Of a DNA stretch of 53,156 bases, positions 18,368 to 27,658 are shown one piece after another. The translations under genes and the position numbers were made by a program. The stretch spans positions 1 to 53,156 of IMG/VR virus record IMGVR_UViG_3300025789_000006; one strand, written 5' to 3'. Source of the DNA: a virus. Taxonomy: Duplodnaviria; Caudoviricetes. The number at the start of each line of letters is the position of its first letter. Positions within the stretch are counted from its first letter, which is position 1. The notes under the pieces are model-generated. The model did no database searches. It saw only the letters and a program-made list of their open reading frames with translations, and was not told the DNA's origin.

Positions 18368-20831
18368 TTGGAGCTCCTTGTGGTTGAGGTTGTGGCCCTT
18401 GTGGGGCCGGTGGTGTCACAGGCATTTGAGGTACCTGTGCTTGAGCTTGAGCCGCTTGTCGAATCGTCTCATGCGTCATCTTGGCGTTCTCAATGGCAAT
18501 CTTAGTCTGATTGTCCATCTGAGCTTTTTGTTGATCCAGAGCCAAACGAGCCTGAGCCAGTTGAGCGTCTTGCTGATCTTTCTGGGTCTTGCGCTGTGTC
18601 TCAGCCATGCTTGTCTGCTGTACCACTTGTGCATCAGGTGGTATTGGAGGTGGCTTGGGTTGACTGCGCTCTTGAGCCATTTGAATGATCTTCTGGAACG
18701 ACGGCATCAAGTCACCAAACACATCATTGACATCCAACATCACATGGGCGCCAATGGTCGTGAAGACCTTGTCGATGGTCGGTGTGAGGTTCGGATTATC
18801 GTAGTCGTCAATTGGCTTGCCGGTCATCTCTTGCACATAGCCATTCGAGCGGTTCAAGTACCACAAGGTCATGTGCTGTTTCAAATGCTCGATCAAGTTG
18901 TTGAGGTATGCCGGGTCTGCAAATGGGTTTTGGCCCAAGAACGGATTCATAGCAAACTGCAAGTGGTCTTGAATGTGAGCAATGTGATCTTGTTGGATGT
19001 ACGCATAGGCTGACTGGCCCACGAGCATTGCCGCATTCTCATCTGCTGAGGTGCGTTGCTCAGGTGCAGGCACATCATTCATGATGTCGTTGATGTTGGG
19101 CACTTTCATTTGCTTGAGCATGCGAGCAATCACTGGCCCAATCTTGAACTGATCAGGGAACTGCTGTGCCAACTGCAACACTGCCTGAGACTGCGCCATG
19201 CGCTGAGTCTCAGAAAAAATGTTGGGATCAGACACCGGCTGTACATCGGTGTTCTTGGAGAAGTCTTCGCGCGTGATCTCAAGGTCAGACACGATGTCTG
19301 CTTTTTGCATGTCGTCAAAGTACCAACGGTTCAGGCGGCACAGAATCTTCAACACACGAGCTTGTGATGCATGCAGGCGCGCATGGATTGATGAGTAGAC
19401 TTGAGAGCCTTGCTCGATCAATGCTTGCGTGGTGCCCACAGGCGACTGTGCATTCACATCGGCAATCTTCTCTTCAGCCGTCGTGACCACAGAACTCGTG
19501 GCTTTGTCCAAGAAGCCAAGCAGTTGGAAGAGCACATCGCTTGGTGGGTTGAAGGGCATCGGCATAGCGATCTGCCGGATGTCTTGCACACCGGGCGCGC
19601 CTTCAATCTCAATGATCTGGGTTACATCGACCTGCTGAGACTGCCCACTAATCTTCGCGCCCTTGAGCTTAAGCATAGTAGCGGCGTTGTTAATGTGAGC
19701 ACTGTCCAGTAGAGCGCGGAGAGAGCCAGTAAGAGCGGCAGACAGACCGCCAATGAGATGAGGTAGGCCAATAGCGTAAGCACCGCGCCATGGAATGAAT
19801 TTGAACTCCACGACCCAGTCAAGTTTGGTGAGCGTCTCATCTGCTTCCTCCCAGTTGCGGTACAAACCAACGACCTCGTTGTCGAGCACATCAATCATCA
19901 AGATGTAAGGCGCGTTTTTGCCCTTGCTGTGCTTGTCTTCTTCGAGCTCAAGCCATGTGTAGATGTGATAGACGGTGCGAATGCCGTCCTTGTTCTCTTC
20001 GAACTGCTTGCCTTCAATCTTGTTGTTGGCCTTGGCTACCTTGCCTTCATCAATCGTGCCGGATGCCTGCACATAGTTGATGTCGCGGTACATGCCCGAC
20101 TTGATGCGGCGCTCGAACTCGAATTGGGTGATCTCGTGAATCTCAGCGGCGCGCTGTGCCGTGTAAAAGTTGGTTGCCGCAAAGGGCAGGATCACACGGT
20201 CAATCGGCAGGAACTCGATGCATGGACGCTTCTTGTCTTCGTCGTACCACAGTTTCATGTACTGTGAGCCGCCGAGTGGCAGTTGGGTCAGCAGTTGTTC
20301 TTGTTCGTCGCGGAACTCTTCGATCTGCTCAGTGATCTGCCAGTTGAGGTACTCGACCTTGCGATCTGCCACCGCCGTCTTGAGATCGTCAACCTTACCA
20401 ATGATCTTCGACTTGACCGGGCCATCTGGTGGAAAGAGCTCTTTGATTGCGCGAGCGGCAAAGTCAACGCAACCCTCAGCCATGGCAGGATGCACGACCT
20501 TAGAGGCTCCCATAAAGGTTGCACCTCCGGGGGCATCATTGCCCATACCAGTCCGTTTAATACCCTCTTCATATTGTTTGTCGCGCAGTTCTCGTGCCTG
20601 CTTATCGCTCTCAAGTAAGTCTAAGTAATTGAAGACGATGTCCGACAAAACACCGGGATCAACAGAGTCTGCTAGGTTGTCATAGAACTCTGGGTTGAAT
20701 TCTGGGCCATCGTCAATGTCAACAATGGCTGAACCGTCTGGCAATTCGTCAGTGTCGAATGCAGGCATGTCCATCACAGCGGAGCCGTCTTCTTGCTCTT
20801 GAATGTTTAGGTCGTCGTCTTTTTCAGCCAT
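18354..20831 (-). CDS. Portal protein
   Basis: 825 aa downstream of terL with a long Gln-rich C-terminal barrel-like helix, as in podoviral portals. Confidence 0.88.
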   Translation of the reverse strand: MAEKDDDLNIQEQEDGSAVMDMPAFDTDELPDGSAIVDIDDGPEFNPEFYDNLADSVDPGVLSDIVFNYLDLLESDKQARELRDKQYEEGIKRTGMGNDAPGGATFMGASKVVHPAMAEGCVDFAARAIKELFPPDGPVKSKIIGKVDDLKTAVADRKVEYLNWQITEQIEEFRDEQEQLLTQLPLGGSQYMKLWYDEDKKRPCIEFLPIDRVILPFAATNFYTAQRAAEIHEITQFEFERRIKSGMYRDINYVQASGTIDEGKVAKANNKIEGKQFEENKDGIRTVYHIYTWLELEEDKHSKGKNAPYILMIDVLDNEVVGLYRNWEEADETLTKLDWVVEFKFIPWRGAYAIGLPHLIGGLSAALTGSLRALLDSAHINNAATMLKLKGAKISGQSQQVDVTQIIEIEGAPGVQDIRQIAMPMPFNPPSDVLFQLLGFLDKATSSVVTTAEEKIADVNAQSPVGTTQALIEQGSQVYSSIHARLHASQARVLKILCRLNRWYFDDMQKADIVSDLEITREDFSKNTDVQPVSDPNIFSETQRMAQSQAVLQLAQQFPDQFKIGPVIARMLKQMKVPNINDIMNDVPAPEQRTSADENAAMLVGQSAYAYIQQDHIAHIQDHLQFAMNPFLGQNPFADPAYLNNLIEHLKQHMTLWYLNRSNGYVQEMTGKPIDDYDNPNLTPTIDKVFTTIGAHVMLDVNDVFGDLMPSFQKIIQMAQERSQPKPPPIPPDAQVVQQTSMAETQRKTQKDQQDAQLAQARLALDQQKAQMDNQTKIAIENAKMTHETIRQAAQAQAQVPQMPVTPPAPQGPQPQPQGAPNGNI

Positions 20832-20833
20832 GA

Positions 20834-21025
20834 TTATCCTTTATTGCCTGAGTGCTTGTGCTTGGCTCGTGCAAGACTTTTTAAATTTAAGCCTTTGTGT
20901 GCCTTATGCGCATCAGGGCTGTGCAAGTGATGCTTGTGCTTGACATGGTCTTCAGGGTCATTGTGGTGCTCCAGTCCATGGAACTGGGCATAAAAATGAT
21001 GTGAGTCTAGTTTCTTCTTGCTCAT
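20834..21025 (-). CDS. Small His-rich protein
   Basis: 63 aa with 14 His, ATGA-coupled to the upstream gene. Confidence 0.6.
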   Translation of the reverse strand: MSKKKLDSHHFYAQFHGLEHHNDPEDHVKHKHHLHSPDAHKAHKGLNLKSLARAKHKHSGNKG

Positions 21026-22779
21026 ACTTCCCATCCTTCGTCATTTGATTTTTCTCTAGGCGCAGGCTCTTGTGGTTGGATATGCACCGTTCTGTTCTGC
21101 GGTATTGTCTCACCCAACTTAGGCTTGCCAGTCTTTGCCGATATCTCAGTGGTCGGCACACGGGCATACCTGCCGTCTTCTTTCTTCATCAACTGTGGAT
21201 CGTACTTCACAAAGAATCCGTTAGAGTCAATGTGAGCGTTGCCTTTCTCACCGATGGCCTTCTTGTTCTTAAGGCCCACGATCACGCCATGCTCGCCCTC
21301 AGGCTGAATGTCCAGTGGTCGGAAGTCATGGCTGTCACCGTTGATGACCTTGAACACTTTGCCAGTCTCATGATCAACGATCTGGTGGGGCAGATGCTCA
21401 TTGTGTGTGAAGGCCATCGCCACATTGTCGCCACCCTCCAACCGACGGCGCATCTGCTTCCAGTTGCTGTGTGGATTGTGGACATCTTGATCGCTCACAC
21501 CAGTGCTTGAGTAAGTGTAGTGGTGGTTGGGCGCGATGGGGTTGGTGTTGTTCTTGGTGTAGTCATAGAAGGTCACATCAGGGTGACCGTTGATGATGGC
21601 CTTGTGGACTCGTGGATTGATGTCCGACAGCACATTGAGGCGCACACCTAAGTGGTTGTTGTTCTGTGCCGCAATCGCTTTGGCGTCCTGAATCTCATCG
21701 TACAGCTTGACAGCAAACGAGTGAGGGTCGTTGATCATCGCCAAGGTCTTGTTGAGACTGTTCAGGCGTGGGCCCTTAAACTCTTCAAGGTTGGTACCGC
21801 CACCCAGTTTGAAGTAGTTGCCTGAGGTCTTGCCTAAGCACTCTTCCTTACACGATGCTGAGTTGGGGCAGGTGTTGAACTTGCCTTGACCAAACGCAGG
21901 AGCCAATGCCAGACCAGTCGTCTCGACACCGCGCCCATCGGGAAGCTTGATGGCCTCCTCGCCGCCCTTCTCAGACTTGATGAGCTTGGCGTTCTTGCCA
22001 AGCAAGTCCTTGGGCTTGTTGTCGCTTGTGCGGCCTACATGGTTGGACACCATCTCAGCGGCTCTCACGCTGTTCATCATGCGGTGATGTGCAGGCAGTG
22101 CCAAGTGATGAGCAATCGCCTCATCGAAGGCGCGAGCCAGACTGGCGATGCTTGGGCTACCGGCGTCATAGGGTGTGAAGCCATTGGGGGTCTTCACTGC
22201 ACCTTGAGTCGCAGGCATGATATTGAATACACGGCGCTTTGGTGGCTGACCACCATCACCCATGTGAGGAAAAGCATCACGGGCTTTCTTCTTCAGGAGC
22301 TCAAGTCGCATTGCACCACCTGAGGCCATGCCGGGCGCGGCTCCAGTGGCAGGTGCAGGAGGTGGGGCCATAGCCGCCAGAGCTTGGCCTTGAGGCGTCA
22401 TTTGAAGCATGTTGCCCATCTGTGCAGGAGCTCCACCGCTTGGGCCAGTGGGCGCGCCACCGGGAGCAGGAGGAGTGCCGGGCGTCGCACCGGGAGCACC
22501 GGGCTGACCGGGCTGAGGTTGACCGGGCACAGGTGCAGGGATTGGATTGAGTTGTTGACCGGGCTGTTGGGAGTTGGTGTCCACGCCACCGATTGGCATG
22601 CCTTTGTTGGTCGCTACGCCACCGATTGATGGGATGCCACCAATTGCTTTGGGGTTGGGGTTGACGAACATCTTGGGCTCCATGTCCAGAGCTTCATTCA
22701 CGCCGATGCTGTCCATGAGGTCGGGGTTTCTGTGCTGTGCCAGATTGACGCGCATCTGCGCTAGTGATGGGGTGTCCAT
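21022..22779 (-). CDS. Gp88-like (radical-SAM-related) protein with Pro/Gly-rich N-terminal leader
   Basis: CPNSASCKEEC (Cx5Cx3C), VRLNVLSDI, FYDYTK, YTYS, INGDSHDFRPLD and IVGLK motifs. Confidence 0.75.
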   Translation of the reverse strand: MDTPSLAQMRVNLAQHRNPDLMDSIGVNEALDMEPKMFVNPNPKAIGGIPSIGGVATNKGMPIGGVDTNSQQPGQQLNPIPAPVPGQPQPGQPGAPGATPGTPPAPGGAPTGPSGGAPAQMGNMLQMTPQGQALAAMAPPPAPATGAAPGMASGGAMRLELLKKKARDAFPHMGDGGQPPKRRVFNIMPATQGAVKTPNGFTPYDAGSPSIASLARAFDEAIAHHLALPAHHRMMNSVRAAEMVSNHVGRTSDNKPKDLLGKNAKLIKSEKGGEEAIKLPDGRGVETTGLALAPAFGQGKFNTCPNSASCKEECLGKTSGNYFKLGGGTNLEEFKGPRLNSLNKTLAMINDPHSFAVKLYDEIQDAKAIAAQNNNHLGVRLNVLSDINPRVHKAIINGHPDVTFYDYTKNNTNPIAPNHHYTYSSTGVSDQDVHNPHSNWKQMRRRLEGGDNVAMAFTHNEHLPHQIVDHETGKVFKVINGDSHDFRPLDIQPEGEHGVIVGLKNKKAIGEKGNAHIDSNGFFVKYDPQLMKKEDGRYARVPTTEISAKTGKPKLGETIPQNRTVHIQPQEPAPREKSNDEGWEV

Positions 22780-22809
22780 TATTCCTCCGATGATTTTCTA
22801 TCAATTATC

Positions 22810-23079
22810 CTATGCGGATTGCTTGCCGTCCACCGGCAATTGGGGCACCGGTTGTCCCCCTGACAGACTCCGAGACTCTCGCAACTCCTCTTGCTCTTTG
22901 CGCCACTTGATCCACTCACGCAGTTGTTGGACGGCGAGTTGCTCCCAGATTTCTGTGCGGTCTTGGACGCTGATCTCGAACCGGTTTTCGCAGACCGTGG
23001 TGCGCACTCCATCGAGGTGCATGACGCGTTTGTAGGTGCCATCTCGTTGTTCATAGTACAAGTAGTCTTCATCTGCCAT
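22810..23079 (-). CDS. Hypothetical protein
   Basis: 89 aa with AGGAG RBS, between terL and the Gp88-like gene. Confidence 0.65.
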   Translation of the reverse strand: MADEDYLYYEQRDGTYKRVMHLDGVRTTVCENRFEISVQDRTEIWEQLAVQQLREWIKWRKEQEELRESRSLSGGQPVPQLPVDGKQSA

Positions 23080-23149
23080 GCTGTCTCCTCTCTGGTTGAT
23101 ACTAATTAAATTAGTAGGTAGAAACCCTTACTAATTAAATTAGTAGTGG

Positions 23150-24583
23150 TCATTGCGAATAAGGGTTTTGACGCCCCTTCATGTTGTAAATCTCTGCGTC
23201 ACTGATGTCATCGGGTTCGAGCTCCTCACGGGGGCCGGGATCAATGCTGATCCACCCGGCGTCCCTCAAGTACCGCAGGGCCTGACTGATGCAGTCCACG
23301 AACTCATCATGGATTGTGCCCTCAGGGAATGAACAGATTTGTGACACCATGCCCTCGGCCCAGTCACGCACGAAGCCGGGGGTCTTGGAGCTCTCAGGCA
23401 CCCAGACGCGCCCTGCCTTGATGATGTTGGCGACGATGGACAGGCGCTGTATCTTGTCGGCCCGTCCGGGGTTGTAGGGCATGACCGGCAGGTGGGCGCG
23501 CTGTAAGTCTTGGATCAGGGAGATGCCTGCGCTCTTGTCTTCGATCAGGATCAGGTCAACGAGCTTGCGGGTCTTGCCTTCACCGTAGACCACCTCGAAC
23601 TCGCTCATGATCTTGGGGCGCAGGTCAGGGTACTGCAGGTGCTCTTGCCAACAGTCGATGATAAGCACCGACATGGCTCCGTCCTCTGGGCGATAGACGC
23701 CAAGGGTCATGTGGCCCGTGGGGTCGTTGTGGGTTTTGTCCGAGGTAGCGCAGTCCACCGACTGGATGATGTACTCGAACTTGGGGAAGGGCTTGTCTTT
23801 GGGCCAGAGCCTAAACCACTCACGGCGAACGATGCCGCCTTCCTCAGGGTCAATGATCTCAGCGTGAATCTCCTGCCTGCCGAGGTTGGTGCCCTCGTAC
23901 TGCAAAATCTGCTTCTGGAAGGAGGGCGCAAGGTTGTCCTTGTTGATGTAGGTCGATGCCTTGGTGATCACCACATCGTCGTTCTCACGGCTCAAGAGCT
24001 CCATGATCAGGGGTTTGGGCTTGGGCGTCGTGGTGGCGATGATGCGGGTTCGTTGGCCCAGACGCACCGCGAATTGAATCTGATCCCATGCGGCCTGCAG
24101 GTCATCGTAGGCGGCGAGCTCATCGAGCCATGCGCCATGCCACTGACCACCACGGAAACGCTCCGGCTCCGATGCCGGGATGCCCTTGATGAATGAGCCA
24201 TTGATGAGCCTGAGCTCGTGCAGGGCTTTGTTGTAGTCCTCGATCAGGGAAGGTGGGCACACATTGAGCAGGCCAGAGTCACCTTCGAAGCAGGTGCCAC
24301 GGATGTCGCCTGATGTGGGCGCGGAGACGAGCCATCGACTGCCGGGCATATCCCATGCCCACTCAAGTAGCGTCTCAGTGGCGGCGCGGGTCTTGCCGGC
24401 TCCACGGCCTGCGAGCATGAGCCAGATGTTCCACCATTCGCCTGCAGGCTCAATCTGGTGCTTGTGGGCGCCCTTCATCCACTTCATGCGCCAATTGATC
24501 ACCGTCTGGGCAATATTCGTCCGTTGGGCGTAATCCTCTTTGAGGGTGTCTTCGTCGTCAAGGATAAGGTCTACAACACTCAT
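23150..24583 (-). CDS. terL: Terminase large subunit
   Basis: Walker A GRGAGKT, Walker B WLDE, coupling motif TTTP, nuclease IEDKSAG and HDEFVD. Confidence 0.95.
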   Translation of the reverse strand: MSVVDLILDDEDTLKEDYAQRTNIAQTVINWRMKWMKGAHKHQIEPAGEWWNIWLMLAGRGAGKTRAATETLLEWAWDMPGSRWLVSAPTSGDIRGTCFEGDSGLLNVCPPSLIEDYNKALHELRLINGSFIKGIPASEPERFRGGQWHGAWLDELAAYDDLQAAWDQIQFAVRLGQRTRIIATTTPKPKPLIMELLSRENDDVVITKASTYINKDNLAPSFQKQILQYEGTNLGRQEIHAEIIDPEEGGIVRREWFRLWPKDKPFPKFEYIIQSVDCATSDKTHNDPTGHMTLGVYRPEDGAMSVLIIDCWQEHLQYPDLRPKIMSEFEVVYGEGKTRKLVDLILIEDKSAGISLIQDLQRAHLPVMPYNPGRADKIQRLSIVANIIKAGRVWVPESSKTPGFVRDWAEGMVSQICSFPEGTIHDEFVDCISQALRYLRDAGWISIDPGPREELEPDDISDAEIYNMKGRQNPYSQ

Positions 24584-24900
24584 ACGGGCTTGATGATGGC
24601 GTAGGGTTCATTGGTGCGCTTCTGGGCGTCCTCGATGGCGTGGAGGTCTTCCAGAATCTCTCTGTTGACCACAATCAGGTCACGATCAAATAGCCAACTC
24701 TCGATCACATTGGTCGAGTCCTTGCCCCACATGAATACGGGCCAGAGGTACAGGCGAATGCGAAAACGCCAAGAGATGAGCATGTGGGTGTGAGTGTGAT
24801 ACCAGACCCACCGGAAGGTCACATAGGGCTTGCGCCATGTGCCAAGCGTGATATTGAGGCCAACACGGGCTATGCGGCCCTCAGGTGTGTACTTAATCAT
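24580..24900 (-). CDS. Hypothetical protein between terS and terL
   Basis: 106 aa, ATGA-coupled on both sides. Confidence 0.6.
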   Translation of the reverse strand: MIKYTPEGRIARVGLNITLGTWRKPYVTFRWVWYHTHTHMLISWRFRIRLYLWPVFMWGKDSTNVIESWLFDRDLIVVNREILEDLHAIEDAQKRTNEPYAIIKPV

Positions 24901-25397
24901 TCTGCTTGCCTTTGCATCTTGATGGCCTTCAAGAGCTCGCCAAACACGCCGAGGTTGTGTTCATGCACCACTGGGCTCTCGTCGTCTCCTGAGTGAATTG
25001 TGCGGTCACCATACTTCTTGGGCTTGAGCTTCATGGCTGTCCACTTCCGGGCCTCAATGCGTTGCTTCTGGTAGGCCACATAGCCGGAGTCGATCTTCAG
25101 GTCGATGACATTGCCGTCCTTGTCCTTGATCTCAAGCATCTCAGGCTTTTCGTCAGCGATGGCGACGATTTCGTCAGCGTGGGTGTCAGCCTGCTCCTCC
25201 CGCGCGCGTGTGTAGTTCTCCGCAAACTCCTTGTGGCGCAACAACCATTCGTACACTGTGGACTGCACAGGATATCCCTCCTCCATGCATATCCGTCTCA
25301 GAGACTCCCCCATAGATAGCCTCTGGCATATCTTGTTGGCTATCTCTTCACTGTATGTGGATGGAGCTCCCACCTTGTTCTTTGTCTTGGTCGTCAT
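24897..25397 (-). CDS. terS: Terminase small subunit
   Basis: GAPSTYSEEIANKIC...GESLRRIC HTH and RIEARKW...PKKYGD, typical of Sf6-like TerS. Confidence 0.9.
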   Translation of the reverse strand: MTTKTKNKVGAPSTYSEEIANKICQRLSMGESLRRICMEEGYPVQSTVYEWLLRHKEFAENYTRAREEQADTHADEIVAIADEKPEMLEIKDKDGNVIDLKIDSGYVAYQKQRIEARKWTAMKLKPKKYGDRTIHSGDDESPVVHEHNLGVFGELLKAIKMQRQAE

Positions 25398-25440
25398 ACT
25401 CTTCCTTTTTGGCGCGCAATCTTTTCAGCGCATAGGCATA

Positions 25441-25470
25441 AGTGTAACTCTTAGTTCGTTTTTGCGTAAA
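25441..25470 (-). promoter_or_regulatory. Putative promoter for the packaging/late operon
   Basis: Minus strand TTTACG-N18-TACACT upstream of terS, overlapped by a degenerate TGTAAC-N5-GTTCGT operator copy. Confidence 0.4.
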
Positions 25471-25476
25471 TAGGCC

Positions 25477-25506
25477 AAAAAAAAGGGAAGGCTTTTACAC
25501 CTTCCC
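25477..25506 (-). terminator. Intrinsic terminator ending the early-left operon
   Basis: GGGAAGG/CCTTCCC stem followed by T8 on the minus strand. Confidence 0.8.
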
Positions 25507-25541
25507 AAAATTGCCCCTCGTGGGCAGGGCAACTGCAATCT

Positions 25542-25949
25542 TCAGAATCCGTTCTTAATCTTCAGCTTGGCTTCGGTTCGCTTCATCAATTCCCAGTCTG
25601 AATCCGTGCTTTCCCAAAGCTGATTGGCCTCCTCATCCGTCAGCCCAATCCATTCACGCTGTGGTTGTGGTGTGGTGTAGAGGGGTTCATTCAAACAACC
25701 TTCTCCACCAATACTTTCTGCAAACCAGAAACCAAATTCAGGTTCGTTTGGATACGAAACTCGCCACGCCACAGGCTCTTGCTTCTCTGCTTGCTCTATG
25801 GCTTGGCGTAGGGATGTGGCCTGTACTGTCGCAAAACATTTTGCTTCGTACATACTATTTGCTAGCGATCCAACACTTCTGTCGTGGTCGTACCAACTTG
25901 CGATGTCTTCAAACGCCTCCAGCGCCTGTTTCATTGCTTCTATGCTCAT
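25542..25949 (-). CDS. Early hypothetical protein
   Basis: Start MSIEAMKQ; QEPVAW...PLYTTPQPQREWIGLTDEE module typical of phage accessory ORFs. Confidence 0.7.
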   Translation of the reverse strand: MSIEAMKQALEAFEDIASWYDHDRSVGSLANSMYEAKCFATVQATSLRQAIEQAEKQEPVAWRVSYPNEPEFGFWFAESIGGEGCLNEPLYTTPQPQREWIGLTDEEANQLWESTDSDWELMKRTEAKLKIKNGF

Positions 25950-26197
25950 GAATTCCTCTCTTTGAGCATTTCCTGCATGCGCAGGAGCATGAGCTCTGGC
26001 CTTCCCTGCCATCTGTCATCACACAGGATTTCTGCGATCTCCTTGTGCTTGAGGTCTTTCCACTCTCTTGGATGATCGTACAGGGGTTTCTCGTTCCAGT
26101 AGGGATACCGCTCATGCCAGTCTTTGCGGGTTTCGGTCAGCACTGGGTGCTCTTCGTCGTCGTCGATGTAGTAGTGGTAAGCAACTGGTTTTGACAT
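25946..26197 (-). CDS. Early hypothetical protein
   Basis: 83 aa, coupled ORF with a PVA...PLY...REW module similar to its neighbour. Confidence 0.65.
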   Translation of the reverse strand: MSKPVAYHYYIDDDEEHPVLTETRKDWHERYPYWNEKPLYDHPREWKDLKHKEIAEILCDDRWQGRPELMLLRMQEMLKERNS

Positions 26198-26198
26198 G

Positions 26199-26597
26199 TC
26201 AGCCCTCTATGCGCGCCCGGATGATGTCTTGGAACTGTCCGATCAAGTCCCATCGACCTTGGATGTAGTCACTGTTGGCGGCGATGCCGTTCTTAAGTTT
26301 CAACAGCTCCTCTTCGAGCTCTTTGCGCTCTTTGTTGCGCTCTTCCTTTAGTCGCCCAGAGAATGCCTGCGCGATCCACATCATGAAGGATTTGGCGCTC
26401 TCTTCCATGTCGCCCTCAAACTTGAGCTCCGGGCCGTTGAAGTCGAGCCGCCCAACCACTTTGGCATTCATGCCATCAATGACATTATGAAAAATAATGT
26501 TGTAATTCTGCTTGAGGTTGATCTTAAGTTCGGTTGGCACGATAAAGGCTTCTTCCACCTCATCACCCCATGGATACTTATCCAAGGGCTCAGTCAT
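26199..26597 (-). CDS. Early hypothetical protein
   Basis: Tightly packed ORF in the minus-strand operon. Confidence 0.6.
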   Translation of the reverse strand: MTEPLDKYPWGDEVEEAFIVPTELKINLKQNYNIIFHNVIDGMNAKVVGRLDFNGPELKFEGDMEESAKSFMMWIAQAFSGRLKEERNKERKELEEELLKLKNGIAANSDYIQGRWDLIGQFQDIIRARIEG

Positions 26598-26835
26598 GGT
26601 GCTCACTCCGAGTCAGGCGGCTTGATGCCCACGACTTGTACGCCTTGAGCTCCTTGTTCTCCTCCTTCAGGCGCTCGATCTCGCCTCTCTGGTGGTTCAT
26701 GATGCTGTGAGCTCGCTCAATCCAGTCCTTGACCTCTTGAGGCATGCCGAAGGTGGGCTCCTTTGAGATCGCGGTGGTTTTCTTTGCCGGCGCCTTCTTT
26801 GCCGGGACTTTCTTTGCGACGGTCTTAGTTGCCAT
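26590..26835 (-). CDS. Small basic protein with PAKK repeats and coiled coil
   Basis: Start MATKTVAKKVPAKKAPAKK. Confidence 0.65.
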   Translation of the reverse strand: MATKTVAKKVPAKKAPAKKTTAISKEPTFGMPQEVKDWIERAHSIMNHQRGEIERLKEENKELKAYKSWASSRLTRSEHHD

Positions 26836-27031
26836 TGTTTTGCTTTCTGCAGGCTTCACGCACTGCTTTAGGGAAGTCAGGGGAAATCTCTGCAATGCGG
26901 CAATCGTACTTGGCCTCATGCTGTACGGGCACCAGATCAGGCATGAAGGCCATGCCAACGATGAATGCCACGAAGAGGGTGCCGATGATGATTTTGTCGA
27001 GGAGGGATTCCTCTTGCTGTTGGTAGTTCAT
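26825..27031 (-). CDS. Small membrane protein
   Basis: TM segment then YDCRIAEISPDFP...EACR; GGAGG RBS. Confidence 0.65.
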   Translation of the reverse strand: MNYQQQEESLLDKIIIGTLFVAFIVGMAFMPDLVPVQHEAKYDCRIAEISPDFPKAVREACRKQNNGN

Positions 27032-27035
27032 GATC

Positions 27036-27302
27036 TTACGCTTCCTCCACAGTGATTTTGTATTTCTTGCCAAGGTATTCTGCCTCGATGGTTTTCTTGG
27101 TGGTGAGCAGGTAGCCGCCCTCTGGGTGAAGGTCAGACTTTACTGTGCTTGTAGCCACGCCAGTCACTGGCAGGGCATGCTTGATGCTGTTGGCGATGTA
27201 GTCGCAGTAGGCCATTATGCTTGTGGCCTTGCCTGCGGTGTCGAGGGCAATTTCTACCACTTTGTTGGTGGACATCTTGATCATTGGTTTGAAGTCTTCC
27301 AT
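27036..27302 (-). CDS. Early hypothetical protein (N-terminus matches the 601-aa late protein)
   Basis: AAGGAG RBS; start MEDFKPMIKMST. Confidence 0.7.
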   Translation of the reverse strand: MEDFKPMIKMSTNKVVEIALDTAGKATSIMAYCDYIANSIKHALPVTGVATSTVKSDLHPEGGYLLTTKKTIEAEYLGKKYKITVEEA

Positions 27303-27312
27303 GTCATTCTCC

Positions 27313-27561
27313 TTAGTTGAAATATTCAGCAATCTCTGACTCAATCTCTTGGGTCATCTTGTCGTCAAGCTTGCGCTCAAGCCATGCGGCTTTGCGACCA
27401 CGACGGTCAAGCACTTCGAACTCACACTCGGTGTAGCCATGGTAGTCCCAGTCACTGGCGGCGTGGTAGCTGTAAGAGCCCTTCACGCACTCGTAGTGGG
27501 TCACGCCAATGATGCATGGGATGCCTGCGACACGGCTTTCAATTTCTGCGATGTATGACAT
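27313..27561 (-). CDS. Early hypothetical protein
   Basis: 82 aa, AAGGAG RBS, first gene after the 27.6-kb promoter. Confidence 0.75.
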   Translation of the reverse strand: MSYIAEIESRVAGIPCIIGVTHYECVKGSYSYHAASDWDYHGYTECEFEVLDRRGRKAAWLERKLDDKMTQEIESEIAEYFN

Positions 27562-27603
27562 ATCTAACTCCTTGTTTGAACCTGCTTCGTTGCAGTGATT
27601 AGA

Positions 27604-27634
27604 ATTCTAACACAAAGTTAGATTGTGTCGTCAA
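27604..27634 (-). promoter_or_regulatory. Sigma70-like promoter with 19-bp spacer and operator
   Basis: TTGACG-N19-TAGAAT; perfect TCTAAC-N5-GTTAGA at 27606-27622 and ACACAA-N7-TTGTGT at 27610-27628. Confidence 0.65.
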
Positions 27635-27658
27635 CATTTATTTTTGTAGGTACTTTCC

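Noticed and set aside
24580-24900. Homing endonuclease or intron between terS and terL
   Set aside because: No HNH, GIY-YIG or LAGLIDADG motif, and both terminase genes are intact.
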